From assembly GCA_035516335.1 (NCBI GenBank), contig DATJAJ010000068.1, positions 20,157 to 84,156 on the forward strand: a stretch of DNA of 64,000 nucleotides, in the 5' to 3' direction. The position numbers and the translations under genes are program-made. This document shows, piece by piece, positions 54,473 through 63,967 of the stretch. Source of the DNA: Nitrososphaerales archaeon. Lineage in GTDB: Archaea > Thermoproteota > Nitrososphaeria > Nitrososphaerales > Gagatemarchaeaceae. The notes beneath the pieces were generated by a model. It made no database searches. It worked only from the letters and a program-made list of their open reading frames with translations, and was not told the DNA's origin. Position 1 is the stretch's first letter, and each line of letters begins with the position of its first letter.

Positions 54473-54937
54473 TTGAGCACGCCCCCGACAAGGTTCTCGC
54501 TAGCGCCGCGGATCCTCGCCGCCACCCTGGAGCACAAGGGCCCCTATGACAGGATAGGAGAAGGGGTTGTGGCGCTCAAGTCCTGGATGGCCAAGAAGAA
54601 GCTCAAGCCGGCAGGAAACCCCTTCGCGCTCTACTACGACAACCCGGAGGGCCGGGACCCTGCGGAGCTGCGCTCGGAGGTGTGCATCCCGGTGGAGTCG
54701 GCTTTCGCGTCCACGAAGAAGGTGAAGTTCAAGGAGTTTCCTCAGACCGAGGTGGCCGAGACGCGGCACCTCGGACCTCCCGAGGAGTTCGCGAAGACCT
54801 ACGGGCCGTTCCTCGAATGGCTCCTAGGCAACGGCTTCGAGATCGTCGGCCCCGCGCGGGAGTTCTACGACAAGGTCTCGAAGAAGATGGGGCCGGGCTC
54901 CGGCATCCTCATTCAGCAGCCCATCCGGAAGAAGTAG
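54473..54937 (+). CDS. GyrI-like small-molecule-binding domain protein
   Basis: 154 aa with a duplicated beta-alpha-beta-beta pattern: LEHKGPYDRIGEGVVALKSWM...PFALYYDNP... / ...ETRHLGPPEEFAKTYGPFLEWL...AREFY. Confidence 0.7.
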   Translation: MSTPPTRFSLAPRILAATLEHKGPYDRIGEGVVALKSWMAKKKLKPAGNPFALYYDNPEGRDPAELRSEVCIPVESAFASTKKVKFKEFPQTEVAETRHLGPPEEFAKTYGPFLEWLLGNGFEIVGPAREFYDKVSKKMGPGSGILIQQPIRKK

Positions 54938-54952
54938 CAGCCCTTCGGGCGG

Positions 54953-56659
54953 CTACTCGAACCTGGCGACCCTTTCCTGTAGCTCGCGGACGAAGTCGTC
55001 CATCTTCAGGCCGTAGCTCACCTTGCCGCTCCTATCCCTGACCGCGATGGTGTCGGCCGCCCGCTCCTTCTCGCCCACTATGACCATCACGGGGATCTTC
55101 TGTAGCTGGGCGTTGCGTATCTTGGCGTTCATGGTGCCGGTGTCGAAGTCGCCCTCGGCCCGGATCCCGGACTTTTGCAGGGTCTCCAGGGCTGCCTTCG
55201 CGTACACTAGGTCATCCCCCGTGATGGGGATCACCCTGGCCTGGACTGGCGACAGCCACAGCGGCAGCTTGCCCTGGTAGTGCTCGAGCATGACGCCGAT
55301 GAACCGCTCCAGAGAGCCCAGTATGGTCCTGTGCAGTACGACCGGCGTGTGCTCCTTGCCGTCGGGGCCGGTGTAGGTCAGCTTGAACCTCTTCGGCATC
55401 TGGAGGTCAACCTGGAACGTGCCGCACTGCCACTCCCTCCCGAGCGAGTCCTTGATGTCCACGTCGATCTTTGGCCCGTAGAACGTCCCTTCCTTCTCCT
55501 TCTCTTCCACCGGCCAGCCCCTCGCCTTCACGACCCTGATCAGGGTGTTCGTGGCGCGCTCCCACTCCTCGTCGCTCCCCATCGACTCGTCCGGCCTGGT
55601 CGAGATCTTGGCCTTGAATGGCAGGCCGAAGATCTTGTAGACCTTCTCCATCATGTCGAGCATGTTCGCCAGCTCCGCCTCCGCCTGGTCCTCGGGGCAG
55701 ATGATGTGGGCGTCGTCCTGGGTAAGGATCTTCACCCTGAAGAGCCCGCTGGCTACGCCGCTCAGCTCGTTCCTGTAGAGGGGGTCGAAGATTGCGTAGC
55801 GGACAGGCAGCTCGCGGAAGGACCACTTCCTGGACCTGTAGACCAGGAAGGTCGACGGGCAGTTCATGGGCTTCATGCCGAACTCCTCGTCGCCCAGATG
55901 CGTCAGGAACATGTTGTCCTTGTAGTGCTCTGAGTGGCCGCTGACCTTCCAGAGGTTCGTGTTGGCCAGGGCCGGGTTGCTTATCTCCACGTATCCCCTC
56001 GCGGCGAGCTCGGTCCTCAGGAAGCCGATCAGCAGGTTCCTCAGCTTGAGCCCCTTGTCGTGCCAGTAGACCATCCCCGGCGAAGGCTCCTGGAACGAGA
56101 AGAGGTCCAGCCTCTCGCCGATGGTCCTGTGGTCCGTCTCGGGCAGGTCGCCGAAGTCGGTCTTCTTGATCCTCGCGAGGAGCTCGTGTTCGCCCAGCTC
56201 CCTCTCGGGCTTCGCTGGCCGGGCCGCGACCGGGGCGGCCGCAGCCGCCGACGCCCCGTAGCTCCGCGACATCTCCGCGAGCGGGTGCCCCTTGACCTTG
56301 ACCTGGAGGGCCTTGTTCCAGCCGAACGGCGCCCGGCGGGTCTCGATGCCCGCCTCCTTCGACTCGCTCTCCATCTTCTTGAGGACCGGCAGCGCGTCGG
56401 ATGGCTTCGCCAGGTTCTGGCTCAGGTGCGCGAAGGGGTAGATCATGAGCCTGTTGACGCCCAGCTTCTTGAGGAAGTCGCGGGCCTCGGCCACGGCCTG
56501 CATGGCCGTCCCGTCGTCGTCGCCGCTCTCCACCGCGGTGAACAGGACGACTATCTCCTCCTCCCGGACTAGGTCCGAGGACGAGTCCTCGGCGCCCTGT
56601 ATCTCCTTCTCGATCGGCTTGTACTCAACGAAGTCGGTGTGCATCTGCAGTATCTTCAT
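54953..56659 (-). CDS. thrS: threonine--tRNA ligase with archaeal-type N-terminal editing domain
   Basis: From ATG 56659 (MKILQMHTDFVEYKP = archaeal ThrRS editing domain). Class II core FRELPVRYAIFDPLYRNE and HRTILGSLERFIG, plus a C-terminal anticodon-binding domain (VQARVIPIT...VMVIVGEKE). Confidence 0.9.
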   Translation of the reverse strand: MKILQMHTDFVEYKPIEKEIQGAEDSSSDLVREEEIVVLFTAVESGDDDGTAMQAVAEARDFLKKLGVNRLMIYPFAHLSQNLAKPSDALPVLKKMESESKEAGIETRRAPFGWNKALQVKVKGHPLAEMSRSYGASAAAAAPVAARPAKPERELGEHELLARIKKTDFGDLPETDHRTIGERLDLFSFQEPSPGMVYWHDKGLKLRNLLIGFLRTELAARGYVEISNPALANTNLWKVSGHSEHYKDNMFLTHLGDEEFGMKPMNCPSTFLVYRSRKWSFRELPVRYAIFDPLYRNELSGVASGLFRVKILTQDDAHIICPEDQAEAELANMLDMMEKVYKIFGLPFKAKISTRPDESMGSDEEWERATNTLIRVVKARGWPVEEKEKEGTFYGPKIDVDIKDSLGREWQCGTFQVDLQMPKRFKLTYTGPDGKEHTPVVLHRTILGSLERFIGVMLEHYQGKLPLWLSPVQARVIPITGDDLVYAKAALETLQKSGIRAEGDFDTGTMNAKIRNAQLQKIPVMVIVGEKERAADTIAVRDRSGKVSYGLKMDDFVRELQERVARFE

Positions 56660-56785
56660 GGGCTCGAGGCCCCCATAACCGAGCAAGGCCGCACGTCGGG
56701 CTTCACGCCGCAGGCTAGGGCCCACGGTCTACATATGGGTCTCGGCGGTGATGGGCCCGTCGCGCCCGGCGGCGGGCTCCGGGCA

Positions 56786-57622
56786 TCAGGACTTCGCGAG
56801 GTCGAACGTCCCGAGGTACTTGCTCGTCTCCAGCTCGAACTTCGCGGCCTGGGGCTTGTACCCGCGGGCCTTGACCCGAACCGAGTAGTTCCCCGGCTGG
56901 AGCCCGTCGAACTCGAAGTTCCCGAACGCGTCCGTCTTGGTCTGCCGCCTCTTCCCCTCTCCCGTCAGGACGACCACCGCGCCCTCGGCGCACTCGTTGA
57001 CGTCGTGGAGCGCGACGGCTCCTCCCACCAGGCTCGAGGTCCCCTTCTTCAGGTTGGAGTAGTAGATGGTCGGCTTGTTCTCCCACTCGGGGTGGAAGAC
57101 CTCCGCCTTGCCGGAGGCGAGAAGCTTCGCCACGTCGCTCTTGGGGTCGTCGAAGTCCCCGAACGTCAGACAGCCGCTGGGGCAGAACTGGACGCACCTC
57201 GGGGTCTTGCCTTCGTCGATCCTGTGCGCGCACAGGGTGCACTTCTGGGGGATGTTCTTCTCCTCGTTCCAGTAGACCACGCCGTAGGGGCACGCCTCCA
57301 TGATCTGCCTCTGCCCGACCGACTTCACCGGGTCGAAGACGACGACGCCGTTCTTCTTCCTGAAGACCGCCCCGTCCTTGGCGGCGTCCATGCAGGGCGC
57401 GTCGCCGCACTGCTGGCAGAGCATCGGCATGTAGGCGACCCGCACGAACGGGTACTCGCCCCTCTCCTTCTTCACCGGGTTGATCCAGAACTGGCCGAAC
57501 CGGGGCTGGCCCGCGGTGTACGGAGGGTAGTCGTTGTCCCAGTGCTCGTCCTTGCACGCGGCGAAGCAGCCGTAGCAGGCTATGCACTTCGAGAGGTCGA
57601 TGACCATTCCGTATCTCGTCAT
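56786..57622 (-). CDS. 4Fe-4S cluster beta subunit of molybdopterin oxidoreductase, with C-terminal carboxypeptidase-regulatory-like domain (pair 1)
   Basis: 278 aa with CIACYGCFAACKD, CQQCGDAPC, ACPYG, and CTLCAHRIDEGKTPRCVQFCPSGC. C-terminal TDAFGNFEFDGLQPGNYSVRVKARGYKP. Confidence 0.85.
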   Translation of the reverse strand: MTRYGMVIDLSKCIACYGCFAACKDEHWDNDYPPYTAGQPRFGQFWINPVKKERGEYPFVRVAYMPMLCQQCGDAPCMDAAKDGAVFRKKNGVVVFDPVKSVGQRQIMEACPYGVVYWNEEKNIPQKCTLCAHRIDEGKTPRCVQFCPSGCLTFGDFDDPKSDVAKLLASGKAEVFHPEWENKPTIYYSNLKKGTSSLVGGAVALHDVNECAEGAVVVLTGEGKRRQTKTDAFGNFEFDGLQPGNYSVRVKARGYKPQAAKFELETSKYLGTFDLAKS

Positions 57623-57626
57623 AGTC

Positions 57627-60203
57627 TCACGCCTCCCACTTCTCTGCCTCGATGAGGCAGGAGCCTGGCGCCATCCCGCAGGCGTTCTTGGAGACGAAGC
57701 GGTGCGGTGTCAGGAGGTTGATGCAGCCGCCCCTGTCGGGCGAATGCCCGGGCTTCCCGATCGGGTCGTAGATAGCGCACGACTCCCAGGAGTGGACCAC
57801 GCCGGGCGGGACCCTCTCCGTGAGCTGCGCCGCCAGGATGACCGCGCCCCTGTCGTTGTGGGCCTTCACCAGGTCTCCCTCCTTGATCTTCCGCTTCTCC
57901 GCGTCCTTGGGGTTGATCCTTAGGATCCAGTAGTAGTATCCGTCCTTTCCCTTGACCCTGTGCTCCGGGACCTCGTTCATCCAGCTCTCCTTGCCGTCGT
58001 ACATGGTGTGGAAGCTGTACCTTGGGTGGGGCGTGATCAGCTGCAGCGGGTACTTCTTGTAGAGCGCCGTTGTGTGGTGACCCTCCCAGGACGGGATGTA
58101 GTGGGCCACCGGAGGCCTCTCCTTGTCGTTGGGGTCGAAGCGCAGAAGGCTCTGGGACTCGAACTCCACCTTGCCCGACTGAGTGGCCAGGCCGCATCCG
58201 TCCGGGTACCCCATCGTGCCTCCGCCGGCTGGGCCCCAGTCCCAGGTGTCCCTGGGCCGGCCCTCGGCGAACCAGCGCAGCGCCGGGTAGGCCTTGTATG
58301 GCTTCTGGAGCGGGACGACGAAGTACCCCTTCTTCTCGAACTGCTCCCACGTGGTGTACTTCGCGATGTCCGTCTTCTCGAACATCAGCTTTACCCAGTC
58401 CAGGTCGGTCTTTCCGCCGTCGGTGAACTTCTCGTAGAACCCCAGCTTCTTGGCCACCATGGCGAAGATTTCGTAGTCGGACTTCGACTCTCCGAGGGGC
58501 TCGATGGCCTTCTTCATGAAGACGATCACCCTGCGGTTGCAGCCCGTGGACGAGTGCGGGATGTAGCCCGAGCAGTTCGCCCATTCGCCGATGTCCCACC
58601 TCTCGAAGTTTGTGCATGCGGGCAGGACCAGGTCCGCGAACTTGGCTTCGCCCTCCAGGTAGTTGGCCTGGCTGACCACGAACTCCAGGTTGGGGTGCTG
58701 GTACATCTTCACCCAGCGGTTGGTGTTCGTCATGGTGCCGATGTAGGCGCCTCCGTAGCGCCAGAACATGTGCCCGGCGGAGAAGCCGTCCTCTGGGTAC
58801 TTGTACTCCTTGAACTGCATCTCGGTCGAGTTGCCGCAGAAGCCCTTGCCGCGCCACTTCACCGGCGGGCTGGTTATGCACTCAGGCGTCAGGAGCCTGG
58901 GAATGTGCTGCCCGAGCGGGTTGTTCACCGCGGCCGCGACGAGGTGGTTGTGCACGCCGGCGCTGATGAGCTTGTAGCCGGCCGCCGTGTTGTTGGGGTC
59001 GCCCGAGATCCCGCCCTCGGCGTAGCCTGGGAACCAGAAGCCGCCGTTGAACGGCGCGCCTTGGTTCGTGGTCCAGAGGCCGATCCCCGGCTTGCCCATG
59101 CCCTGCATCGCCACGAGGTAGACCATCATCCTGGCCCATTCGGTCGCATAGGCAGAACGGCAGTTCGCTCCGCCGAGGCCTCCGCAGGCCACCATGGTCT
59201 TCTTCTTCGCCCACATCCTCGCGAGCGCCTTGATCTCCCTGGCGGGTATGCCGCTCTCCTTCTCGGCCCACTCCGGGGTCTTCTTCACCCCGTCCTCCTT
59301 GCCCATCACGTAGGCCTTCCACTTCGCGAACCCGAAGGTCCGCTTGGCCACGTACTCCTTGTCGTAGGTCCCTTCCTTTATCCAGACATAGGCTATCGCC
59401 GCCGCCAGCGCCGAGTCGGTGCCCGGCCTAGGGGCGAGCCACTTATCGGACTGGGTGATGGCCGTGAAGTTGTAGTGTGGGTCGATGAACACCTGCTTGA
59501 CTCCGAGCTCCTTCAGCCAGAAGCGCCACTTCGTCGACTCCTGGCCCGTGTAGATCATGGGCTCGCCGTCGGGGTCGCTCGACCAGTAGACGACCATCTC
59601 GGTGTTCTTGAGCCCGTCCTCGAGGAGGTCGTACTGCTCCGGCAGGCCCAGCCTCCAGGCGTAGCCGAACGCGTGCATCGCTCCCCAGTGCCAGCCCTCC
59701 CAGCTGTCCGGGTTGTGGTCGATGACCGTCGCGCCTAGGATGCCCATGAACCTGTGGAAGGAGCTGTGCCTGTAGTTCACGTTGCCCCAGTTGTGGTGGG
59801 ACGACGTTGTCGCGATGACCGCCCCCGGCCCATAGAGCTTGAACTGGCGATCGATCTCCTTCGACAGGATGTTGAGGGCTCGGTCCCAGCTGATGCGCTT
59901 GTAGCCGGTCACTCCCCTGTTCTGCGGCTTCCTGTCTCCCGGGCTCCAGTCCTCTCTCAGCATCGGATAGAGGACCCGGTCCTTGGAGTAGATCCTGGAG
60001 CGCTCCGACATGATGTACGGTGCGAGCTTCGCCGTGTCTGGCGGGCTGAACTTCCTTCCGCGGGCGCTTATGGTCCATTTTCCACCTTCGTCCTCGGGGC
60101 CGAACTCTATCGGTTCTAGCCTCGTTATCTTGCCGTCCTTGACGTAGACGTGGACGGCGCCGCCTGTCGTGCAGTTGGTTAGTTCCTTCTCTGCCTTGAC
60201 CAA
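57627..60203 (-). CDS. molybdopterin oxidoreductase catalytic subunit, pyrogallol hydroxytransferase-like (pair 1)
   Basis: 858 aa with no Tat signal and no N-terminal Fe-S Cys motif. LTNCTTGGAVHVYVKDGKITRLEPIEF, TTSSHHNWGNVNYRHSSF, HNPDSWEGWHWG, and C-terminal GGCINLLTP all match my memory of the P. acidigallici transhydroxylase large subunit. Confidence 0.85.
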   Translation of the reverse strand: MVKAEKELTNCTTGGAVHVYVKDGKITRLEPIEFGPEDEGGKWTISARGRKFSPPDTAKLAPYIMSERSRIYSKDRVLYPMLREDWSPGDRKPQNRGVTGYKRISWDRALNILSKEIDRQFKLYGPGAVIATTSSHHNWGNVNYRHSSFHRFMGILGATVIDHNPDSWEGWHWGAMHAFGYAWRLGLPEQYDLLEDGLKNTEMVVYWSSDPDGEPMIYTGQESTKWRFWLKELGVKQVFIDPHYNFTAITQSDKWLAPRPGTDSALAAAIAYVWIKEGTYDKEYVAKRTFGFAKWKAYVMGKEDGVKKTPEWAEKESGIPAREIKALARMWAKKKTMVACGGLGGANCRSAYATEWARMMVYLVAMQGMGKPGIGLWTTNQGAPFNGGFWFPGYAEGGISGDPNNTAAGYKLISAGVHNHLVAAAVNNPLGQHIPRLLTPECITSPPVKWRGKGFCGNSTEMQFKEYKYPEDGFSAGHMFWRYGGAYIGTMTNTNRWVKMYQHPNLEFVVSQANYLEGEAKFADLVLPACTNFERWDIGEWANCSGYIPHSSTGCNRRVIVFMKKAIEPLGESKSDYEIFAMVAKKLGFYEKFTDGGKTDLDWVKLMFEKTDIAKYTTWEQFEKKGYFVVPLQKPYKAYPALRWFAEGRPRDTWDWGPAGGGTMGYPDGCGLATQSGKVEFESQSLLRFDPNDKERPPVAHYIPSWEGHHTTALYKKYPLQLITPHPRYSFHTMYDGKESWMNEVPEHRVKGKDGYYYWILRINPKDAEKRKIKEGDLVKAHNDRGAVILAAQLTERVPPGVVHSWESCAIYDPIGKPGHSPDRGGCINLLTPHRFVSKNACGMAPGSCLIEAEKWEA

Positions 60204-60214
60204 GCTCTATCCAC

Positions 60215-61045
60215 TCACTCCTTCTCGAAGATGGCTATCCGTCCCACGTTGACGTCCTTCTCCGTCGCGTCGACGGGGCCCATCATGTGGGGCTGGTAGC
60301 CCCTCTTCTCCACCAGGAGAGAGTAGGTTCCGCCCTCCAGTCCCTTGAACCAGAAGTCGCCGTAGCTGTCTGTCTCGGCCGTGCGCTTCGCGCCGTTCTT
60401 GAGGCTGGTCAGGGTTATGGTGGCCCCGGCCTCGCACTCGTCCAGGTTGGGGTCGAAGACGGTTCCCGTGATGAACGTCTTGGGCAGGCCTATGTAGAAG
60501 ACCCTCGGCTTGACCTTCAGCTCGGGCCTGAGAGGCTCGGCCTTGGCGATGAGCTCCTTCATTTCGGACTCCTCGCCGAAGGTGAACGCGCCCGTCGGGC
60601 AGGCGTCGACGCACCTGGGCTCCTTCCAGCCCTTGTCCAGCAGGTGCGCGCAGAACGTGCACTTCTGGGCGATGTTGAGGTCTTCGTTGAAGTAGATCAC
60701 GCCGTAGGGGCAGGCGTCCACGCAGGACCTGTGCCCGCGGCACTTCTCGGGGTCGATGATGACGATGCCGTCGTCGCGCTTGTAGATGGCCTTCGGGGAG
60801 CAGGACTCGATGCACGGGGCGTCGTCGCAGTGCTGGCAGATGGAGTGGAGGTAGCTGATCTTCACCTTGGGGACGCTGCCTCTGACGTAGTCCGTCACCT
60901 TGTTCCAGAACTGGCCCACGTCGGGCTGGGGCTTCGCTATCGGCGTCCAGTCGTTGCCGACGTGCTCGTCCTTGCATGCGACCTGGCAGTTGTAGCAGCC
61001 GTTGCATATGTCCAGGTTGATTACGAGTACCTTGCCCAAGGTCAC
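60215..61045 (-). CDS. 4Fe-4S cluster beta subunit with carboxypeptidase-regulatory-like domain (pair 2)
   Basis: 276 aa from GTG 61045, which overlaps the alpha2 stop (GTGA). CNGCYNCQVACKD, CQHCDDAPC, ACPYG, and CTFCAHLLDKGWKEPRCVDACPTGA. C-terminal TDSYGDFWFKGLEGGTYSLLVEKRGYQP. Confidence 0.8.
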   Translation of the reverse strand: MTLGKVLVINLDICNGCYNCQVACKDEHVGNDWTPIAKPQPDVGQFWNKVTDYVRGSVPKVKISYLHSICQHCDDAPCIESCSPKAIYKRDDGIVIIDPEKCRGHRSCVDACPYGVIYFNEDLNIAQKCTFCAHLLDKGWKEPRCVDACPTGAFTFGEESEMKELIAKAEPLRPELKVKPRVFYIGLPKTFITGTVFDPNLDECEAGATITLTSLKNGAKRTAETDSYGDFWFKGLEGGTYSLLVEKRGYQPHMMGPVDATEKDVNVGRIAIFEKE

Positions 61046-63642
61046 GCACCTCCCTCTGCCATGTAGGACTCGATCACCGGGCCGGCCGACGGGCTGAACT
61101 TCCTGCTGAACGCCTCGGGGTACTTCCGCCTCATCTCCTCGAGGTTGGTCCTCTCGACTTCGACCAGGAAGCCGCTCATGGCCATTCCGACGGCGTTCTT
61201 CGACGTGGGGTTGCGGCAGCAGATGAGGTCGATGGCGCCTCCGCGGTCGAGCTCGCCGGGGACTATGGGGTCCACCTTCGCCCCGTGGTCCATGCTCAGG
61301 GCGCCGGGCATTATCCTCTCGGTCACGTACGCCCCGCCGAGGACGACACCTCTTTCGTTGTAGACGCTGACCACGTCGCCGTCCCTGATGCCTCTGGCCG
61401 CCGCGTCGACGGGGTTGATCCAGACCGGCTGGTACTGGTACCCGTCTGGGCCTCGGACCCTGCACGTGGGGATCTCTCTGATCCATGTGATGTCCTCGTG
61501 GTTGGCGTGCACCTTCCACCTGGGGTGGTTCGACTCCATCAGGAGCGGGTACTTCTTCGACCTCGCCGTGCCGATGGTCTCCTGGTGGGACTCTCCCTCC
61601 GGAATCCAGTGGGGCACGGGCGGCCTCTCCTTGTCGTCGGGGAAGTTCTCCGCCAGGCCCGTGGCGTAGAATTCGACCAGGCCCGTGGGCGTCGTGAGCG
61701 GATGCTTCTTGGGGTCCTCGTAGAACTGGACGAGGCCAGCGGGCACGTCCTTCCAGTTGGGGTCCGTGGGCACCACGTAGTAGCCCTTCTTCTGCAGGTC
61801 CTCCCAGCTGACGAGGTGCGTGACTCCGGACGTGTCGTAGCCGAGCCTGATGATGTCTTCGACCGACCTGCCGTCGGTGTACTCCTTGAGCACGCCCATC
61901 CTTTCGGCGATCATGCAGGTTATCTCGTAGTCGCTCTTGCTCTCGGCGAAGGGCTCGATGCACTTGTGCTCAGGGTAGACCAGCGCGAACTGGCCGCTGA
62001 ACACGTCTGAGTTGATGTCTTCCTCCTCGAACTTCGTGTTCACCGGCAGGATGACGTCAGCGAAGAGGCACTCGTTCTCCATCCACGGGTGCTGGGCGAG
62101 TATGAACTCGATCTTCTCGGACTTCAGGGCCTCTATGAACCGGTTGCCGTCGTTCCAGCAGGTCATCCAGCAGGGCGAGTCGGTCCAGATCATGTGGACC
62201 TCGGAGCAGCCGTCTGCAGGATACTTGTACTGGATGAACTGGTTCTCCCTCGAGGGCGTCTCGGACTCGTTGCCGTACCAGGTGAGGGGCGGGTTCAGGA
62301 TTGCCTCGTGTATCAGGGTCTTGGGTATGAAGGACGGATGGTTGGTGTCTCTCGGGTGGCCGCCGGTGTATGCCTTCATCAGGTTGGGGAGCACCAGGGG
62401 CTTCGGGTTTGCTATCTGCGAGACCAGCTCGAAGAGACCCCATTCGATCATCTTCGCCTGGTTGCAGCCCGGCTTTCCGAGACCCTGCATCGCGAGAAGC
62501 AGGACCTGGAGCCTTGCCGGCTCTGTCGAGTAGGGCCCGCGTATTCCCGGGCCGCCGTTGCCGATCACGACCGTGGTCCTCTTGGAACCCCACTCCCTCG
62601 CGAGCGCCTTGATGTCCGACGCGGGCACGCCGGTGATCTTCTCTGCCCACTTCGGCGTCTTCGGGACGCCGTCCTCCTTGCCCGTGACGTACTCCTCGAA
62701 CTTGTCGTAGCCGTAGGTGTGGGTCTTGACGTACTCCTTGTCGTAGGTCCCTTCCTGTATCCACACGTAGGCGATCGCCAGGTAGAGCGCGGCGTCCGTG
62801 TTCGGAAGAACGGGTATCCACTTGTCAGCGTGGACCGCGGCGGCGTAGTTGAGGTCGGGCGCGATGTATATCTGCCGTATCCCCAGCTCGGAGTACCAGT
62901 AGCTCAGGCGGCTTGGGAGCTGGCCCTCCCATCCCCAGGTGGTCGTCTCCTGGTCGCAGCCCCAGAAGAGCAGGAGCTCGGTGTTCTTCGCGATGTCGTA
63001 GAGCAGATTCGCCTGCGGGTCCTGCTGCCCGACCGGCTGGCAGCCCCAGACGTGCTTGGCGCCCCAGGTCCAGCCCTCCCAGCTGTCGGGCTGCCTGACC
63101 TGAAGCGTGTAGCCGCCCAGTATCTTGAGGAGCTTCCGTGCGGTGCCGTGGGGGCCGTGAACGTTCTTGTTCTCCCCGTGCTGGTCGGACTGGTAGAGAA
63201 TGGCGGTCATGCCGTACTGCTTCTTCATCCGCTTGATCTCGCTCTCTATGATGTCCAGGGCCTCCTTCCACGAGATCCTCACGTACTTGCTGTCGCCCCG
63301 CCTCTTCTGGTTCCTGTTCCCGTTGGGGTCGAAGTCGACCCTCTTGAGGGGGAACCTGATCCTCGCGGGAGAGTAGATGCGCTTCTTGTAGCTGATGCTG
63401 TAGGGTGGAATCAGGGTCTTCATGCTGGGCTCGAATGTCTTGCCCCGGGCGTCCATGACCCACGGGTTCATTTCCTCCTTCGTGTATTTCCAATCGAAGT
63501 GCAACGGTCTGATACGGATAATCTTGTTGTCTTTGACGTCTATGGCGCACGCGTTGGAACCGTTGTTGCTACCGACACCGCACCAGCTGACGTCTCGGAC
63601 AAGGGTCTTCTCGTCTGTCTTCACGTCGCCTTGTTTCTGCAC
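61042..63642 (-). CDS. molybdopterin oxidoreductase catalytic subunit, pyrogallol hydroxytransferase-like (pair 2)
   Basis: 866 aa with no Tat signal. QPDSWEGWTWGAKHVWG, TDAALYLAIAYVWIQEGTYDKEYV, and GGAIDLICC. It is paralogous to pair 1 but clearly diverged. Confidence 0.85.
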   Translation of the reverse strand: MQKQGDVKTDEKTLVRDVSWCGVGSNNGSNACAIDVKDNKIIRIRPLHFDWKYTKEEMNPWVMDARGKTFEPSMKTLIPPYSISYKKRIYSPARIRFPLKRVDFDPNGNRNQKRRGDSKYVRISWKEALDIIESEIKRMKKQYGMTAILYQSDQHGENKNVHGPHGTARKLLKILGGYTLQVRQPDSWEGWTWGAKHVWGCQPVGQQDPQANLLYDIAKNTELLLFWGCDQETTTWGWEGQLPSRLSYWYSELGIRQIYIAPDLNYAAAVHADKWIPVLPNTDAALYLAIAYVWIQEGTYDKEYVKTHTYGYDKFEEYVTGKEDGVPKTPKWAEKITGVPASDIKALAREWGSKRTTVVIGNGGPGIRGPYSTEPARLQVLLLAMQGLGKPGCNQAKMIEWGLFELVSQIANPKPLVLPNLMKAYTGGHPRDTNHPSFIPKTLIHEAILNPPLTWYGNESETPSRENQFIQYKYPADGCSEVHMIWTDSPCWMTCWNDGNRFIEALKSEKIEFILAQHPWMENECLFADVILPVNTKFEEEDINSDVFSGQFALVYPEHKCIEPFAESKSDYEITCMIAERMGVLKEYTDGRSVEDIIRLGYDTSGVTHLVSWEDLQKKGYYVVPTDPNWKDVPAGLVQFYEDPKKHPLTTPTGLVEFYATGLAENFPDDKERPPVPHWIPEGESHQETIGTARSKKYPLLMESNHPRWKVHANHEDITWIREIPTCRVRGPDGYQYQPVWINPVDAAARGIRDGDVVSVYNERGVVLGGAYVTERIMPGALSMDHGAKVDPIVPGELDRGGAIDLICCRNPTSKNAVGMAMSGFLVEVERTNLEEMRRKYPEAFSRKFSPSAGPVIESYMAEGGA

Positions 63643-63760
63643 AGTCGAGACACAATCGCATTTTCGACCGAAACTTTGGTTTAAGCATGCTCCCTAAAAG
63701 TGGCGGAAAGGGAGACGTTTCATGCGGAGGCCGTTGACTGGGTATCGCTCGTCTACGCGG

Positions 63761-63967
63761 TCATGACCAGCGGGCCCGCTCCACCGACTTGTCCTTCTTC
63801 GTCGCCTTCTTCCAGGTCTTGTAGTGCTCGCGGCAGAGGTAGACGCGCCTTCCCTCGCCGCCGACCGAGAGGCCGCTCCCGGACAGCTGCTCCCGGCTGA
63901 GGGACCTCTCCGCCTTGTTGGAGCATCCGCCCACGTTGCACGTCACGCCCTTGTCCACCTTGCCCAA
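63761..63967 (-). CDS. small basic protein with CxxxxC...CxxH putative zinc-binding motif
   Basis: 68 aa. VTCNVGGCSNKAERSLS...RRVYLCREHYKTWKKATKKDK has Cys10, Cys15, Cys45 and His48 and a Lys-rich tail. Confidence 0.5.
   Translation of the reverse strand: MGKVDKGVTCNVGGCSNKAERSLSREQLSGSGLSVGGEGRRVYLCREHYKTWKKATKKDKSVERARWS

Noticed and set aside
57619-59738. 420-aa minus-strand and 592-aa plus-strand ORFs overlapping the alpha1 molybdoenzyme gene
   Set aside because: They are alternate-frame or antisense ORFs with Arg/Gly/Pro/Leu-biased composition. The alpha1 frame has family motifs along its full length.
61046-63684. N-terminal 306 codons of ORF 60215..61963, plus the 531-aa, 254-aa and 241-aa ORFs overlapping alpha2
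   Set aside because: They are out of frame or antisense to alpha2. Only the part of the 582-aa ORF from GTG 61045 onward shows ferredoxin Cys motifs.
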